Notes under the pieces: generated by a model
Told to the model about the DNA's origin: nothing
Seen by the model: the letters and a program-made list of their open reading frames with translations, nothing else
Databases searched by the model: none
Translations under genes and position numbers: made by a program
Part shown: one piece after another, positions 37,523 through 50,000 of the stretch
Layout of the letters: the number at the start of each line of letters is the position of its first letter
Position numbering within the stretch: the stretch's first letter is position 1
Source of the DNA: Octopus bimaculoides
Lineage: Eukaryota
Length of the DNA stretch: 64,000 nt
Direction: 5' to 3'
Assembly: GCF_001194135.2 (NCBI RefSeq)
Contig: NC_068982.1
Coordinates: forward strand, 177,987,589-178,051,588

Positions 37523-40500
37523 TCCAACAGCACATGGTTAGCCAATGTATAGCAGTATTCACAGATTGAACAGATATCTGAGTTGAAAATCTTTTGATCT
37601 GAATCAAAATATTTGATGTTTTGCCACCATGTCATGTGCACTGCTTGTGATACCCAGACTTGCCTACCAGCTAAATTAACATCTGGGAACTGACTCATGA
37701 GAGGATGAACTATGAACATCCTTCCTAAACCATAGTCAAGAACCTGATGAAGGGCTATGGAGCCATGACTGCTAACTTAGGACACTGATGATGGCAGAAC
37801 AGGATATATGGCATGTCTGTCACTGTGATCAATGCAAGTAAAAATTATAGTCAATAATTAATGTATACTTATCATCAGCTAACAAGCAAGTCAAAGATTT
37901 AAGAAAACAAATGAATTTTAATAATCTCTTTTTTTTATTGGCATTTTCATTCAAAAATTACTTTAAAAAAAAATAAAAAGAAACAAAAATATCATATATA
38001 TATAATATATTATAGTTTTCATTGCAGATAAAAGACTGTTGACAAGAGTGTACAAGCAGTCTACTATTTCTTCTGATCGAGGAAATACTTCCTTGTAAAG
38101 GACAGATGTTGATAGAGCTTCATCTTACAAGCATTTTTTTTTTTCTTATTGGAACGGTATTACTTTCATGCAAGCAAAGTTATTTAGACATTTTTGTTTT
38201 GTTGTTTGTTAAAAAATAAGATACTTTTAACATAGTAAATTATTTCATCTCAAACATTCATAAGCACAAACATGCAAGATTACCTCATATATACCTTAAT
38301 TTTTGTGAGAATAAATGGTATTAAAATAACATTTCAGAAATGATAATCCACTTTTGAATGTAATTTAAAAATCAGGAATGAAGAATGTACATTCCTCAAC
38401 TAAGAAAAAGTAAAATAAAATATAAAAACAAAAAACAATTTGGATTCATTCCCAATTAATGAAAACAAAATAACATCACTGTTTTTACAAGATTAAAACA
38501 TCCCAACAATGTTACAGAAACTTTCTTTTGAAGTTTGTAAGAAAAATTAAAAGTGGAATTAATTTTTCTTTTGGGAGCACTTAAAAGAAAATATTAAAGT
38601 AGAAAATGACAGCATGACAAATAATAACTGGAAAACTGGTAAATAATAAACAAACAAAAATTTGTTTATTTATAGGAGGAGGAAATTGGTTGATTTTATC
38701 AAAATACATTTTTTTTTTGTTCTTTATCCAGAAACAAAGAAATAAACAATTCAAATAAGTACCAAGTGAAAATAATCTTCACTTTTTTGTTATGTTAGGG
38801 AGCTCAAAATTCCTCTTAAAGAATACTAAGACATCTAGTGTTTGTAACTTGCATAGAATGTTACAATTATTTTAAGACACAAAGAATCTTGCTAACAACT
38901 CTTGAAATATAGTTCAAATTTCACCAAAGAGGTATTTAATTCAAAGAGCTAACACAGGCACCACAAACTGTTGTCTAAGTACAAAAATAATAACTGTAGA
39001 TATTTTATTATTAAAAGAATTTGACCAACTCAGCATCAAGGCTATATATAAGGAAATTCTGCTGTGTTTGATTACTAGCATCATTAAAAGATATAGTCTA
39101 ACAGAGTTCAACATCTTGTCAGGGGCATTTTACATGAAAAGGACAGATTTACCATTAAAAATACCTCCAAATAAAGCAAAAATAGAAATACGTTTTTATG
39201 AACGTCTGATAAGAGAAACTGTATCAGAGATTTTCTTTCCATTAGTTAATATGACATAATTTATAAGTAGTGATTGTTGTTGTTTGTGGTGGTGGTTGTG
39301 GTGGTAAGCCATGTATTAAGGCATCGGGTCTACTGGTAGATTTTCAAGTTAGAAATACACTGGAGTGGATTTTCTTGTTCTTTCAGGACACCAAAAACAT
39401 TTGAAAATAATATTGTAGGATAGGAAAACTCAATTTGATAGTGCTGTCATTGCTTACAGAAGTGAACTATGTATTACTGTTACACTTAAGATTGGTAACC
39501 TCAACTAAATCTTTGGACCATTGACTCAATGCAGTGTTGGTGACAGAAAATGAGCTTGACCTTCTCAGTTAGTTGTCTGATACCATGCTATACCAACTAG
39601 GTCATTCTCTATTTTTGATAATTTATATACATATATTACATGTATGCGTGTGCATTTAAGCATATATGTGTATCTGACTATGTATATTAATAATCAACTC
39701 ACAGCTCCCAAGAAATGCTTAAGAAAACAAGACACATTTTGTAAATTTAACAATAGATCTAATGTCATTATTTGGTTATTACATATATTAATATTTATAA
39801 TGTAAGGTCACATCTTCAGTAATAATAATAGTTTTCTTACTATTACATAAACTAAAACAATAGCAGTAAATTCTTCATAAAATTTGAATTTTAATTATAA
39901 AATACAAAAAAACAAATGTCACATAATAGAAACATGTATTCAAAAGATGATAAAAATCTTGATAACATCAGTTGGAAAGCAACAGAAAGTTTTAATGGTA
40001 ATTCTAAGAAAAGAATCAAGTACAAAATTTAAGATATATATAAAAGAAGGGAAAAGGGATTTATGACATTTCTACCATTCTAAATAGTATTAGAGATGTT
40101 AGTGAAAGCAGGTGACAAACTGTTCAGAATCTTCAGCTCAACAATGTTCACCAGAGATAAAAGAATATTAAATGAGTGATAAAAACTTGCATTGTTATAA
40201 AAACAAATCACCTTTACAATGAGATAAGTTATAGTGTAAAATTTAAATGAATATTAGTAAAAGAATAAAATAAATCATATTTGATATTATAACCATATAA
40301 AGCCCTAATTATGGATTTAATATCATAAGGAAGCAAGCTTGTTTTCTGAAATATAATTGATTTAGTTTCAACATACTGATTACCTAATTAGCTAAGTTAG
40401 GTACAAGATTTGTTTGGCTGTTTTATGTCAATTTTTCTAGACATAGTTTCTTTTTTGGCGCAAGTAGTTTTACAACTGAGTGTCTTAGCTACTACTACTA

Positions 40501-41524
40501 CTATTACTACCATCTCAGACATGAAGTAGAGGAAGAAATACTGAGGCTAGCAGAGTTAAAAAACTTGCCCACAGGCATAGCACAAAAGCTGCAATAAGGT
40601 TTGTAGTCTGTTTGTCATCTTACTCAAACCATCATTTTTTGCCCTCAGCTTTTATTTGATATTATTGATAATTACTATATTAACAGATAATTAATAACAA
40701 AGAAAACAAATGGAAGTAATTCAGTAATAAAAAAAAATGTCTTAAATATTTGAGATATATTTCTGACATTTTCTAAAACATGTCTCTCTATTCATCCTCA
40801 TCTACAAATTTATCAATTATGTGATTATTTGACGTGGTTATTGTCTTTCAATTGTAAATGTTATCTTTATACAAGATAACAGTTATCATAAAATTGGCTT
40901 ATAGATAGTAAAATAAAAAAACACTATTTAACAGCAAAAGAACATTGTTACAGATTATGCTAACCATGTGCACTTTTACTCCTCTCCATGTTTATATATA
41001 TACATATATATAAATTAAAAAGTCAATAAAAGAAAATGGAGGAGAAAAAATAATAGATGCTTGGTTCATTTTATTTATTAGCTAAATTTTAAACGATCAA
41101 TTTCTAATCAGGTAAACTCTGAGTCCTAATTAGTTGTTGTTTACATTTGAAAATTCCTAAACATAGTCCTCAAATAAGTTATTTCGTAATTCAAAACTGG
41201 AAGATATACTTACTTTTGCTGATAATATCTAGCAATATATCGTTTATTACATCCATAAAAGTTACAATATTGATGATTCAAACATACTGTCGGATTGAAA
41301 TATATGTAGAATTTGTATTGTTGATGCGGTTCCTTTTATACTTGTTCTTAATAAGTATAACTTTTAATCTGCATTATTTTCCATTGTGATACAAATAAAA
41401 TGAACCAAGCATCCATTATATTTTCTCTCCTCCATTTTCTTTTATTAACTTTTCAATTTATATAAGTATATATAAAGGCCGTACTCCAGCAGAGCCGCAG
41501 TCAAATGACTGAAACAAGTAAAAG

Positions 41525-41560
41525 AATATATATATACATATATATATGTACATACATACG

Positions 41561-41594
<34 letters not shown>

Positions 41595-41725
41595 TACATA
41601 TATATACATACATACATACATATATATATACATACATATATATATACATACATATAAACATACATATATGTACACATTCATACATATATATATACACACA
41701 TATATACATACATACATATACATAC

Positions 41726-41756
<31 letters not shown>

Positions 41757-42136
41757 CACACACATATATACATGCACATACATATATATATATACACACA
41801 TATATACATACATACACATGCATACATATATACATACATACATATATACATACATATATACATACATACACATACGTATATACATACATACACANNNNNN
41901 NNNNNNNNNNNNNNNNNNNNNNNNNNNNNNNNNNNNNNNNNNNNNNNNNNNNNNNNNNNNNNNNNNNNNNNNNNNNNNNNNNNNNNNNNNNNNNNNNNNN
42001 NNNNNNNNNNNNNNNNNNNNNNNNNNNNNNNNNNNNNNNNNNNNNNNNNNNNNNNNNNNNNNNNNNNNNNNNNNNNNNNNNNNNNNNNNNNNNNNNNNNN
42101 NNNNNNNNNNNNNNNNNNNNNNNNNNNNACACACAC

Positions 42137-42193
<57 letters not shown>

Positions 42194-42260
42194 CATAAAC
42201 ATATATATATACATACATACATACATATATACATATAGATACATATATACATATATATAT
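41525..42260. repeat. Compound (TA)n/(CATA)n microsatellite with gap
   Basis: Directly visible; many shorter (TA)n, (CA)n, (GA)n and (GAT)n tracts occur elsewhere. Confidence 0.95.
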
Positions 42261-42880
42261 TGAAAAGAAAATGAAGTTAATTAAATTATAATTCAGTTCT
42301 TTACATATTGAAAACATAAGACCAATGAATAATCAATTTAAGCTAAAAAAAAAAACAAAAGAATTAGTGAGCAGTGTCTGTTAAATAAAACAACTGTTCA
42401 GAAATACTAGCTCTTACAAAACTGCTATCAATAAATGATTATTCTAACTCCTTTCTATTTGTGAAGAAGTTAGAATCTCAATTTGTTCTGCTGAGAGAAT
42501 TGAAGAATTGCAGTAATGTTGATGCCAGTTGGGGAAAGAAGGAAAGGGTAAAGGGAAGATAGCATATATTGTTTATTTATAGATAGTCCCGGCATCTACC
42601 ACTATTTAAAATGATATTAGACAGTATCAGAAATGATATTAAGACAGTATCAGAAACCAGCAGTTTGATCACCTGCATGTTTTAGGCTGAAAGATGAACC
42701 AGAGATATTAAAATCATAGTATCTGAGTGACAGTCTGTGAATGTGTGTGTGTGTGTGTATGTGTATCCCTAGTGCCTTTAGTTACTTCTGTACCTTGGTT
42801 TCATGCAAGTAACCGAGAATTTGGACACAGTGATTTTCAGCAATCTTTCATAGAAGCTAGAAACTATATATGTGTTTAAG

Positions 42881-42944
<64 letters not shown>

Positions 42945-43141
42945 GTATATATAATATACATATACACAGATATGTATATAATATATATATATGCATAAAC
43001 ATACATACATATAAGTATGAGGTATGCATGTTTTTTTGTTTTTTTGTTTTGCTTGGTCTTTGCTAATCATTCTTCCTAGACAGAATAACAAACAGGAAGA
43101 ATTGTTTATTTTGGGAACTGGTGTATATGATGATAAAGTAA

Positions 43142-43312
43142 TTATATTACTTCCACATAAGTAGCAGGAATCAGGCCTGTTTGATTGTTCGAATTCTGGG
43201 CTGTCCACCAGTGAAGGTCATGCTGATCAAGAATATCAATTACTTCTCCTTTTTTGAAGCTTAATTCATCATTTCCTCGAGCATTAAATTCATAGATTCC
43301 ACGTGCTTTTAC
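43142..43312 (-). CDS. GRB2-like: GRB2-like C-terminal SH3, last coding exon (VKARGIYEFNARGNDELSFKKGEVIDILDQHDLHWWTAQNSNNQTGLIPATYVEVI*)
   Basis: ctacAG acceptor, ELSF/WW/G.IP.TYV SH3 motifs, TAA stop; AATAAA on the minus strand at 43105-43110. Confidence 0.92.
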   Translation of the reverse strand, partial: VKARGIYEFNARGNDELSFKKGEVIDILDQHDLHWWTAQNSNNQTGLIPATYVEVI

Positions 43313-45644
43313 CTGTAGACATTGAAAATAAAATAATGGATACTGTTATTGTATGAAAAACTTTCAATATAGTTAATAAATACACATTTCTCAACTTTCA
43401 TACAGCATTAGAAATTACCACGTAAAATATCATTTTTGCTTATCTCAATCCTCAACACTTTATTACACAGTAAATACCATCTGCTTCCCCTGATGATACC
43501 AGTACTTTTTTTTTCTTATTTTATTCCCATTCTTACTGCTGATGATTGGAGACGAGGCATGCACCATCTCTCTCCAGGCCATAGTTGCACATTCAGCCAG
43601 GAGTCTTCTGGTCCATTCTTTGGTGTCATCCACTAGTACCTTCTGTCTTCCTCTTTCTCATTTCCCATTGACTCTTTTCTCTAGAATATGGAAGCCAAGG
43701 CTTTGAGCCCTGATGACATGCCCAAAATACTGCAGTTTTCTCTTCCTGACAGTTTCCCTATCTTCAAGAACTAACACATTTATTCGATGGTCAGTCCAAG
43801 TGATACTCAATATTTTTCTATAGCATGCTGTTTCAAACGCTTTAAGTTTGATAGTATCATTTGCCTTTATTGTCCAGCTTTCCCATCCATACCATGCAAC
43901 AGGCCAAACTAGTGTCTTCAGGAGCCATAATTTGATATTCATGTTAAGAGCTGCACTGTCTTTTCAGATTTATCAAGTGATTTTAAAGCTGAGCTGTCCC
44001 AGGTCATGCTCTTAACTAATGACCTCAATCTCTTGATTGTTCTATGATAGCACCCACGAATTTAAACTCAGTGACATGTTCTAAGGTCACTAAGGTCACC
44101 TTAGCACTGGATGTTGAGTTGCTGGGGTGTTTTTGTCACTGCCATGACATTTCCTTGTATTGATTTCCAGCTAGTATTCACTTGATACACTTTGTATCCA
44201 GTGATCTCGGTAGCATTTCTTGTGCTACAAAGATTACTGCTGATGTCTGAAGGACAATACCATCAGCAAACTGTAGATTGTTAATGTTCTTTCAACTGAT
44301 GGTGATTTCTATCCAACCAACTTTGTCAGCTGACTTTCTCACAGTATCTTCAGGGTAGAAGTAAAAGTACATGGCTGAGATCACACAACCTTGACAAACT
44401 CCTTTTTTGATAAAGAACCATTCTGTGTGTTCCCTCTCCACACTGTCAGTTTGCTAATTGGCTCTTGTAAAGATTACTAAACAGAGTGACAATTTTACTA
44501 TTCACACCCATCCTCTTCATGACAGACTAGCGGGTTCTATGTATCATTAAGTCAAATGCCTTTTTGTAATTTGTAATGGTCACATATAGAGGGACATTGA
44601 ATTCTCACACTTTTTCCATGCTGATCTATAAGTTGAATATTTGGTCTCTTGTTTCTACATTTTTTCCAAAATCACATTTGTATTTCTGCAAACTGTTCCG
44701 TCATGATATCCTCTGTCTTCTGTATGTAACAAAATCCACAGAAGGGACTTGCTTGTGTTGTTGATTATGGCAACAGTGCAAGGACTGGCTCCTGAGGCTT
44801 GGAATGATTACTGATCTGACCCAGTTCAATGGTCAGTCACCACTGTCAAGTGTCTTAAACTTTACTGAACTTACAGTTCTATATTTAAGAGATGAGGAAT
44901 TATGTACATTATTTACATTATTTATATTTGATGGATATTTGTCCTCATTTTGTTTGCTGTTAACAATGTTTCGGCTGATATGCCCTCCAGCCTTCACCAG
45001 GTTCAAAATTTCCCTAAGACACCTGATGAAAACTGGAGGGTATATCAGCCGAAACGTTGTGTTAACAACCAGCAAGATGAGGACAAATATCCGTCAAATG
45101 TAAATAATGTAAATAATGTACTTTACTGAACTTGACAACTAAATGAAAATTTCTTGAATCACATCTAATTCCTTATAACAACAGAGAATTAAATAATTAT
45201 AGCAAAGTTTCAAGAAATATATATGCCTCTCATTTAAAACTTTAGTTTCAGATACTGGTCTGTAACAAAGTTATCACACAACTAGAGATTGCTTAGCAAG
45301 TATTTTGGTGATAATATTTAGAAAGTGGTCGAACATAATGAAAGCAGAAGTATTTATTGAAGAAGTATAAGAATTATTTATAAATAAAAGGTCAAATCCA
45401 TTAGCACAACTGAAATACAAAAATAAAACAAAACCTTTTAATAGCAAGAATAGAAATTCGTTATTTGCTATCACAGATATAATTCAACATCTTGTAACAA
45501 GTTTGCAGTCCAGACTTGCTGAAGAAAGATTGTGCGTTTTTCATCATGCAACATGACTGTATCTTCTAAGCCATGACTGTAACCCCAGGCCAATCATAGG
45601 CTTGAGTGGATTTGGCAGACAGAAACTAAAAGAATCCCATCCTC

Positions 45645-45721
<77 letters not shown>

Positions 45722-46983
45722 GCATGCGTGCATGTGTCTCTCCTTGTCTTGACATCATATGATGGTTGTAAATGTCACTATCATTCAAGCAGTGTCATTT
45801 GTTTTTAGTCTTCCATGAAAACATATCCAACCCAAAAGATGCTCAGAATCACATAACTTGGAAACAGGTGAAGGTTGGTCACAGGAAGGGCATCCAGCTG
45901 TAGAAAAATCTGCCTCAATGAATTCCATCTGACCCATGCAAGCATGGAAAAGTGGGCATTAAAACAATGATGATGATTAATATTGAAAAGGAAAATTACT
46001 AAAATTGTGATACTTGGTGCTGATGCTCAGAATCACTAGTTTTAATTTTATCAAGTAATATAATTTAAATTGAATATCAATGAAATTAATTTTTCTTGCG
46101 CTAGCTGTTAAATCATACCTGCACCATAATATTTCATTCAAGTTAATACAAAGTTTAATCAATCATACTGGTACTGGAAGGTTTGTGAAAGCCATCAATA
46201 CATCCATTTCTCCAGCCCATGTCATTAAAAATAGTAAATCATTTATGACACAACTAGTCATGAAAAAAAAAAGAACTTTTCCTCTCTAACAAAATGGAAG
46301 ATGCTAGATTGACATAAGTTTCAAGTGGAATCTTTTCCTTATAAACTTCAAGCAAGCTAAAAATATACACATACTTGAATATATATGCAATATTTCTTTC
46401 GACATCTAAGTCAAGTGGGATTCACAGCTAAATTCAATGTGATCTTCAGGTTTCTTTATGACTTGAGTCACAACAATTAAATACCTACACACACACAAAT
46501 GTAGTTCTAAGAACTTGAGATCAACTGGTTAAGAGATTTTATATTCAAACAGTATAAACACTGGTCAAATGTCAGAACTGAACTTAATCTAAAACAGTAG
46601 TTCTTAACCAATTTTAGCTCTCTCTTTCAACTCTGATAATAAATCTGACAGTAATGACTCAATAGTTATAGAAATACAAAGGATACAAATTGAAAGTCAT
46701 TAGTTATCTACATATCCACACTCATACATTATAAATTATCAATTTTGAAACAAATTTATTTTTGAGCAATAAACAATAAGAGAAAGTGTGAGATAAAAAA
46801 AATTCATTAAATTGCTACTTTGAACATGATGATCCAATAAGTTTTCAATATTAGGTCCAAGTTTCACAAAGTTACTTATTTACAGTCTATTTCACTGTTT
46901 AGTTAACAAGTGCAATAAAACACTGAATCCTCTCTCAATCAAGTATAAAGGAAAAATAATGAGCAACAATTTTATTTAAATAT

Positions 46984-47040
<57 letters not shown>

Positions 47041-50000
47041 TACATTTTTTTTTTAGCAATAGAACTTGAGATCCACTAGCAAAGAGATATTACATTTAAA
47101 CAGTAAATTCTGATCAAGTGTCAAACCCAAACTTACTCTCACCCAAACTGAGGACAATTGTTTTGCATATTTAGCTAGAATACTTTATACAACTCACTCC
47201 TGACTGGCCTTCGTGCCGGTGGCACGTAAAAGCACCCACTACACTCTCTGAGTGGTTGGCGTTAGGAAGGGCATCCAGCTGTAGAAACTCTGCCAAATCA
47301 GATTGGAGCCTGGTATAGCCATCTGGTTCACCAGTCCTCAGTCAAATCGTCCAACCCATGCTAGCATGGAAAGCGGACGTTAAACGATGATGATGATGAT
47401 GATGATTAATTCATCAGATAGGTCTTGATGAGTAAAAATGAACATATGAAAGATAGATTTGTAGCCCACATGAGTATTTTCAGTTCATCAAAATCTTTAA
47501 ATCCGATCATCATATCTTTCAGCACCTGAAGAGGGGAATAATGACACTCCGGATTTGTATCTAATATCAAATCACTCATCATGTTCATTTTTTGTATATT
47601 TGGAAACTACTGAAAATTGAACCTTGCAATGCTATTTTTGTACAATATAATTTTGCTATTAAAATAATTTATAATTCTTGCTTTAATAAGGTCATATTGT
47701 TTCCCTGTAATATGATGTTCATTTCATTCATTTAGTTAAATATGTCAAAGAGACAAGTAATGTGAAGACTTTTACTTTTCTTGCTCATTACATATTTCCT
47801 TATCACACAACTTGAAAAATTCCAAAATAGTATCACAGAGCTCATAAAGCATCACAGACAGTCTGCCCTTGCAAGCCTCAGAATTCAGTGCATAGCAAAA
47901 GATGTTCAAATTCTTCATTTTCATGGCAAAGTTTCCAAAAAATACAGATATTCAACAGATAAGCTTTTATCATATTCACTGTTTTAATAACATTGTACAA
48001 AGTCTAATGTTAAGATGTTTTGCAACTAACTGTTGTCAGTGAATAATACAGTGAACTGCAAAGATATTTGGAGCTGCTGCTTTTAAATCCACTATAAATT
48101 CACAACATCTACAATAGGTGTTCCATCAGTTGTACATGCAATAGCAAAAGTGGACATAACATTTTTATCATTAAAGAAGTGGTCAAGTACTCTATAAATT
48201 GTAGAACCTTTTGTGTCAGTGTTCAGTTGTTTGACAAATAAGACCTTTCTATAACCTCTTGATTAGTATTTGAATAACACTCATAGAACAATAAGAAAAA
48301 TTCTAGGTAAAGTTGTCTCCATTTCTTCAAGAGAGGACAAAGGAACACAATAATTGGTGGAATGTTGGGTTGGAGAAAATTTGCCCAATGCAGAAAGGCA
48401 GGAAAAACACAGGTGTACTGATGACAATGATGATGATAAACCAACTTCTATATTTCAGATATTTGTAGTACTTCTTTTCTTGAAGACTAACCATCATCAT
48501 CATCATCATCGTTTAACGTCCGCTTTCCATGCTAGCCTGGGTTGGACGATTTGACTGAGGACTGGTGAACCAGATGGCTATACCAGGCTCCAATCTGACT
48601 TGGCAGAGTTTCTACAGCTGGATGCCCTACTTAATGCCAACCACTCCGAGAGTGTAGTGGGTGCTTTTACATGCCACCGGCACGAAGGCCAGTCAGGCGG
48701 TACTGGCAACGGCCACGCTCAAAATGGTGTATTTTACGTGCCACCTGCACAGGAGCCAGTTCAACGGCACTGGTAACGATCTCGCTCGAAGAACTAGCAT
48801 TAAAAAAAAGTCCTAATTTCAATTAGGTGCTGAGAATGGAAGGACCTTAAAAAACCAACATGGAGAAAGCAAAAGTTTTTTTGGTTACTTGGAAATTGAC
48901 AAAGGAACAATCCTTTCATTTTTGAAAATTGACAAAAATTAATGACCATCGTATGATCCCCATCATTTGATGTCTGGCTTCAATGGTTCAACAGGATCTG
49001 CAATATCTACTTTGGCATAGTTTCTTCCACTGGATGTTCAATCTTACACCAATTACTTTCACAAAATATATTAGGTACTTTTTGTAGCACAAATGAAGAT
49101 TGTCTTCTAACTTGCAAAGCTAAAGGCCTAAAGTGGCCCTATAACTGTGAGAGAATAGAAGAGAGTGTGTGTGATGAAAATAAGCAGGGGAATGATGTCT
49201 CTGTTGTCCCTCTCTCTAGTGCATTTCCTTAGCCCTTTCAGTAGTTGACAATGATACTGCTACACTAGTCATTGAGTATGACACCTTCCCATACTATGTG
49301 GTTAACTCTGCAAGTGACTAACGTATGTTCTCCTTTTTCAAATATATTAAGCATCTCAGCAACTAACCCTAGTGGATTGACTACTTTCTCTGCCTTTATA
49401 TCCCTAAAAATTATGCTTGCAATCATACAGCTGTCAACTTTTAATAGCTGGCCTCTCTGCTGAGTCTACTTAAGGTAGACCCTTTCTCTTCATCCAGTGA
49501 CATCTCATAACAGTACTTTCATGCCTATCTCTTTTTAGTATCAGTATGAGCAAGTGTACTGTTATCACTGAAGTCCACAACCATGCCAAGATACCCAACA
49601 GCGCCATCTGTACTGGCTAGTCACATATATTGTATGCGAGACGGGAGGATCCTAAAAGACCTCTTGCATGGAGAACTGGCCACCAACGCAAGAGCACAAG
49701 GCTGACCACATCTTCATTTCTATGATACCTGCAAGAGAGATATGAAGTCAATAGATCTGGACGTCCTGAGATAGAAAGAGGTCACTAATGATTGCCCACA
49801 CTGGAGATAAATACTATGCAAGAAGATGGAGTGAAAAGAGAAACTGAAACTTGCTACCAAAGAAAAGCATACTTGAACAAAGGAAAATACAGTAGTGCAG
49901 GGGGAGTGCATCTTTAGATGCAGTCACTGCATGCAAGACTTCCATTCCCATGTGGGCCTGTACAGCTACACTGACACAAAATTCTGCAGGTGGAGATCCA

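Noticed and set aside
37744-37770. CTGATGA followed by a GGCT/AGCC stem
   Set aside because: No GAAA box after the stem, so not a hammerhead.
41445-42317. Long Y/I/H/T/M/C/V-rich ORFs and ORFs spanning N runs
   Set aside because: Translations of microsatellites and gaps.
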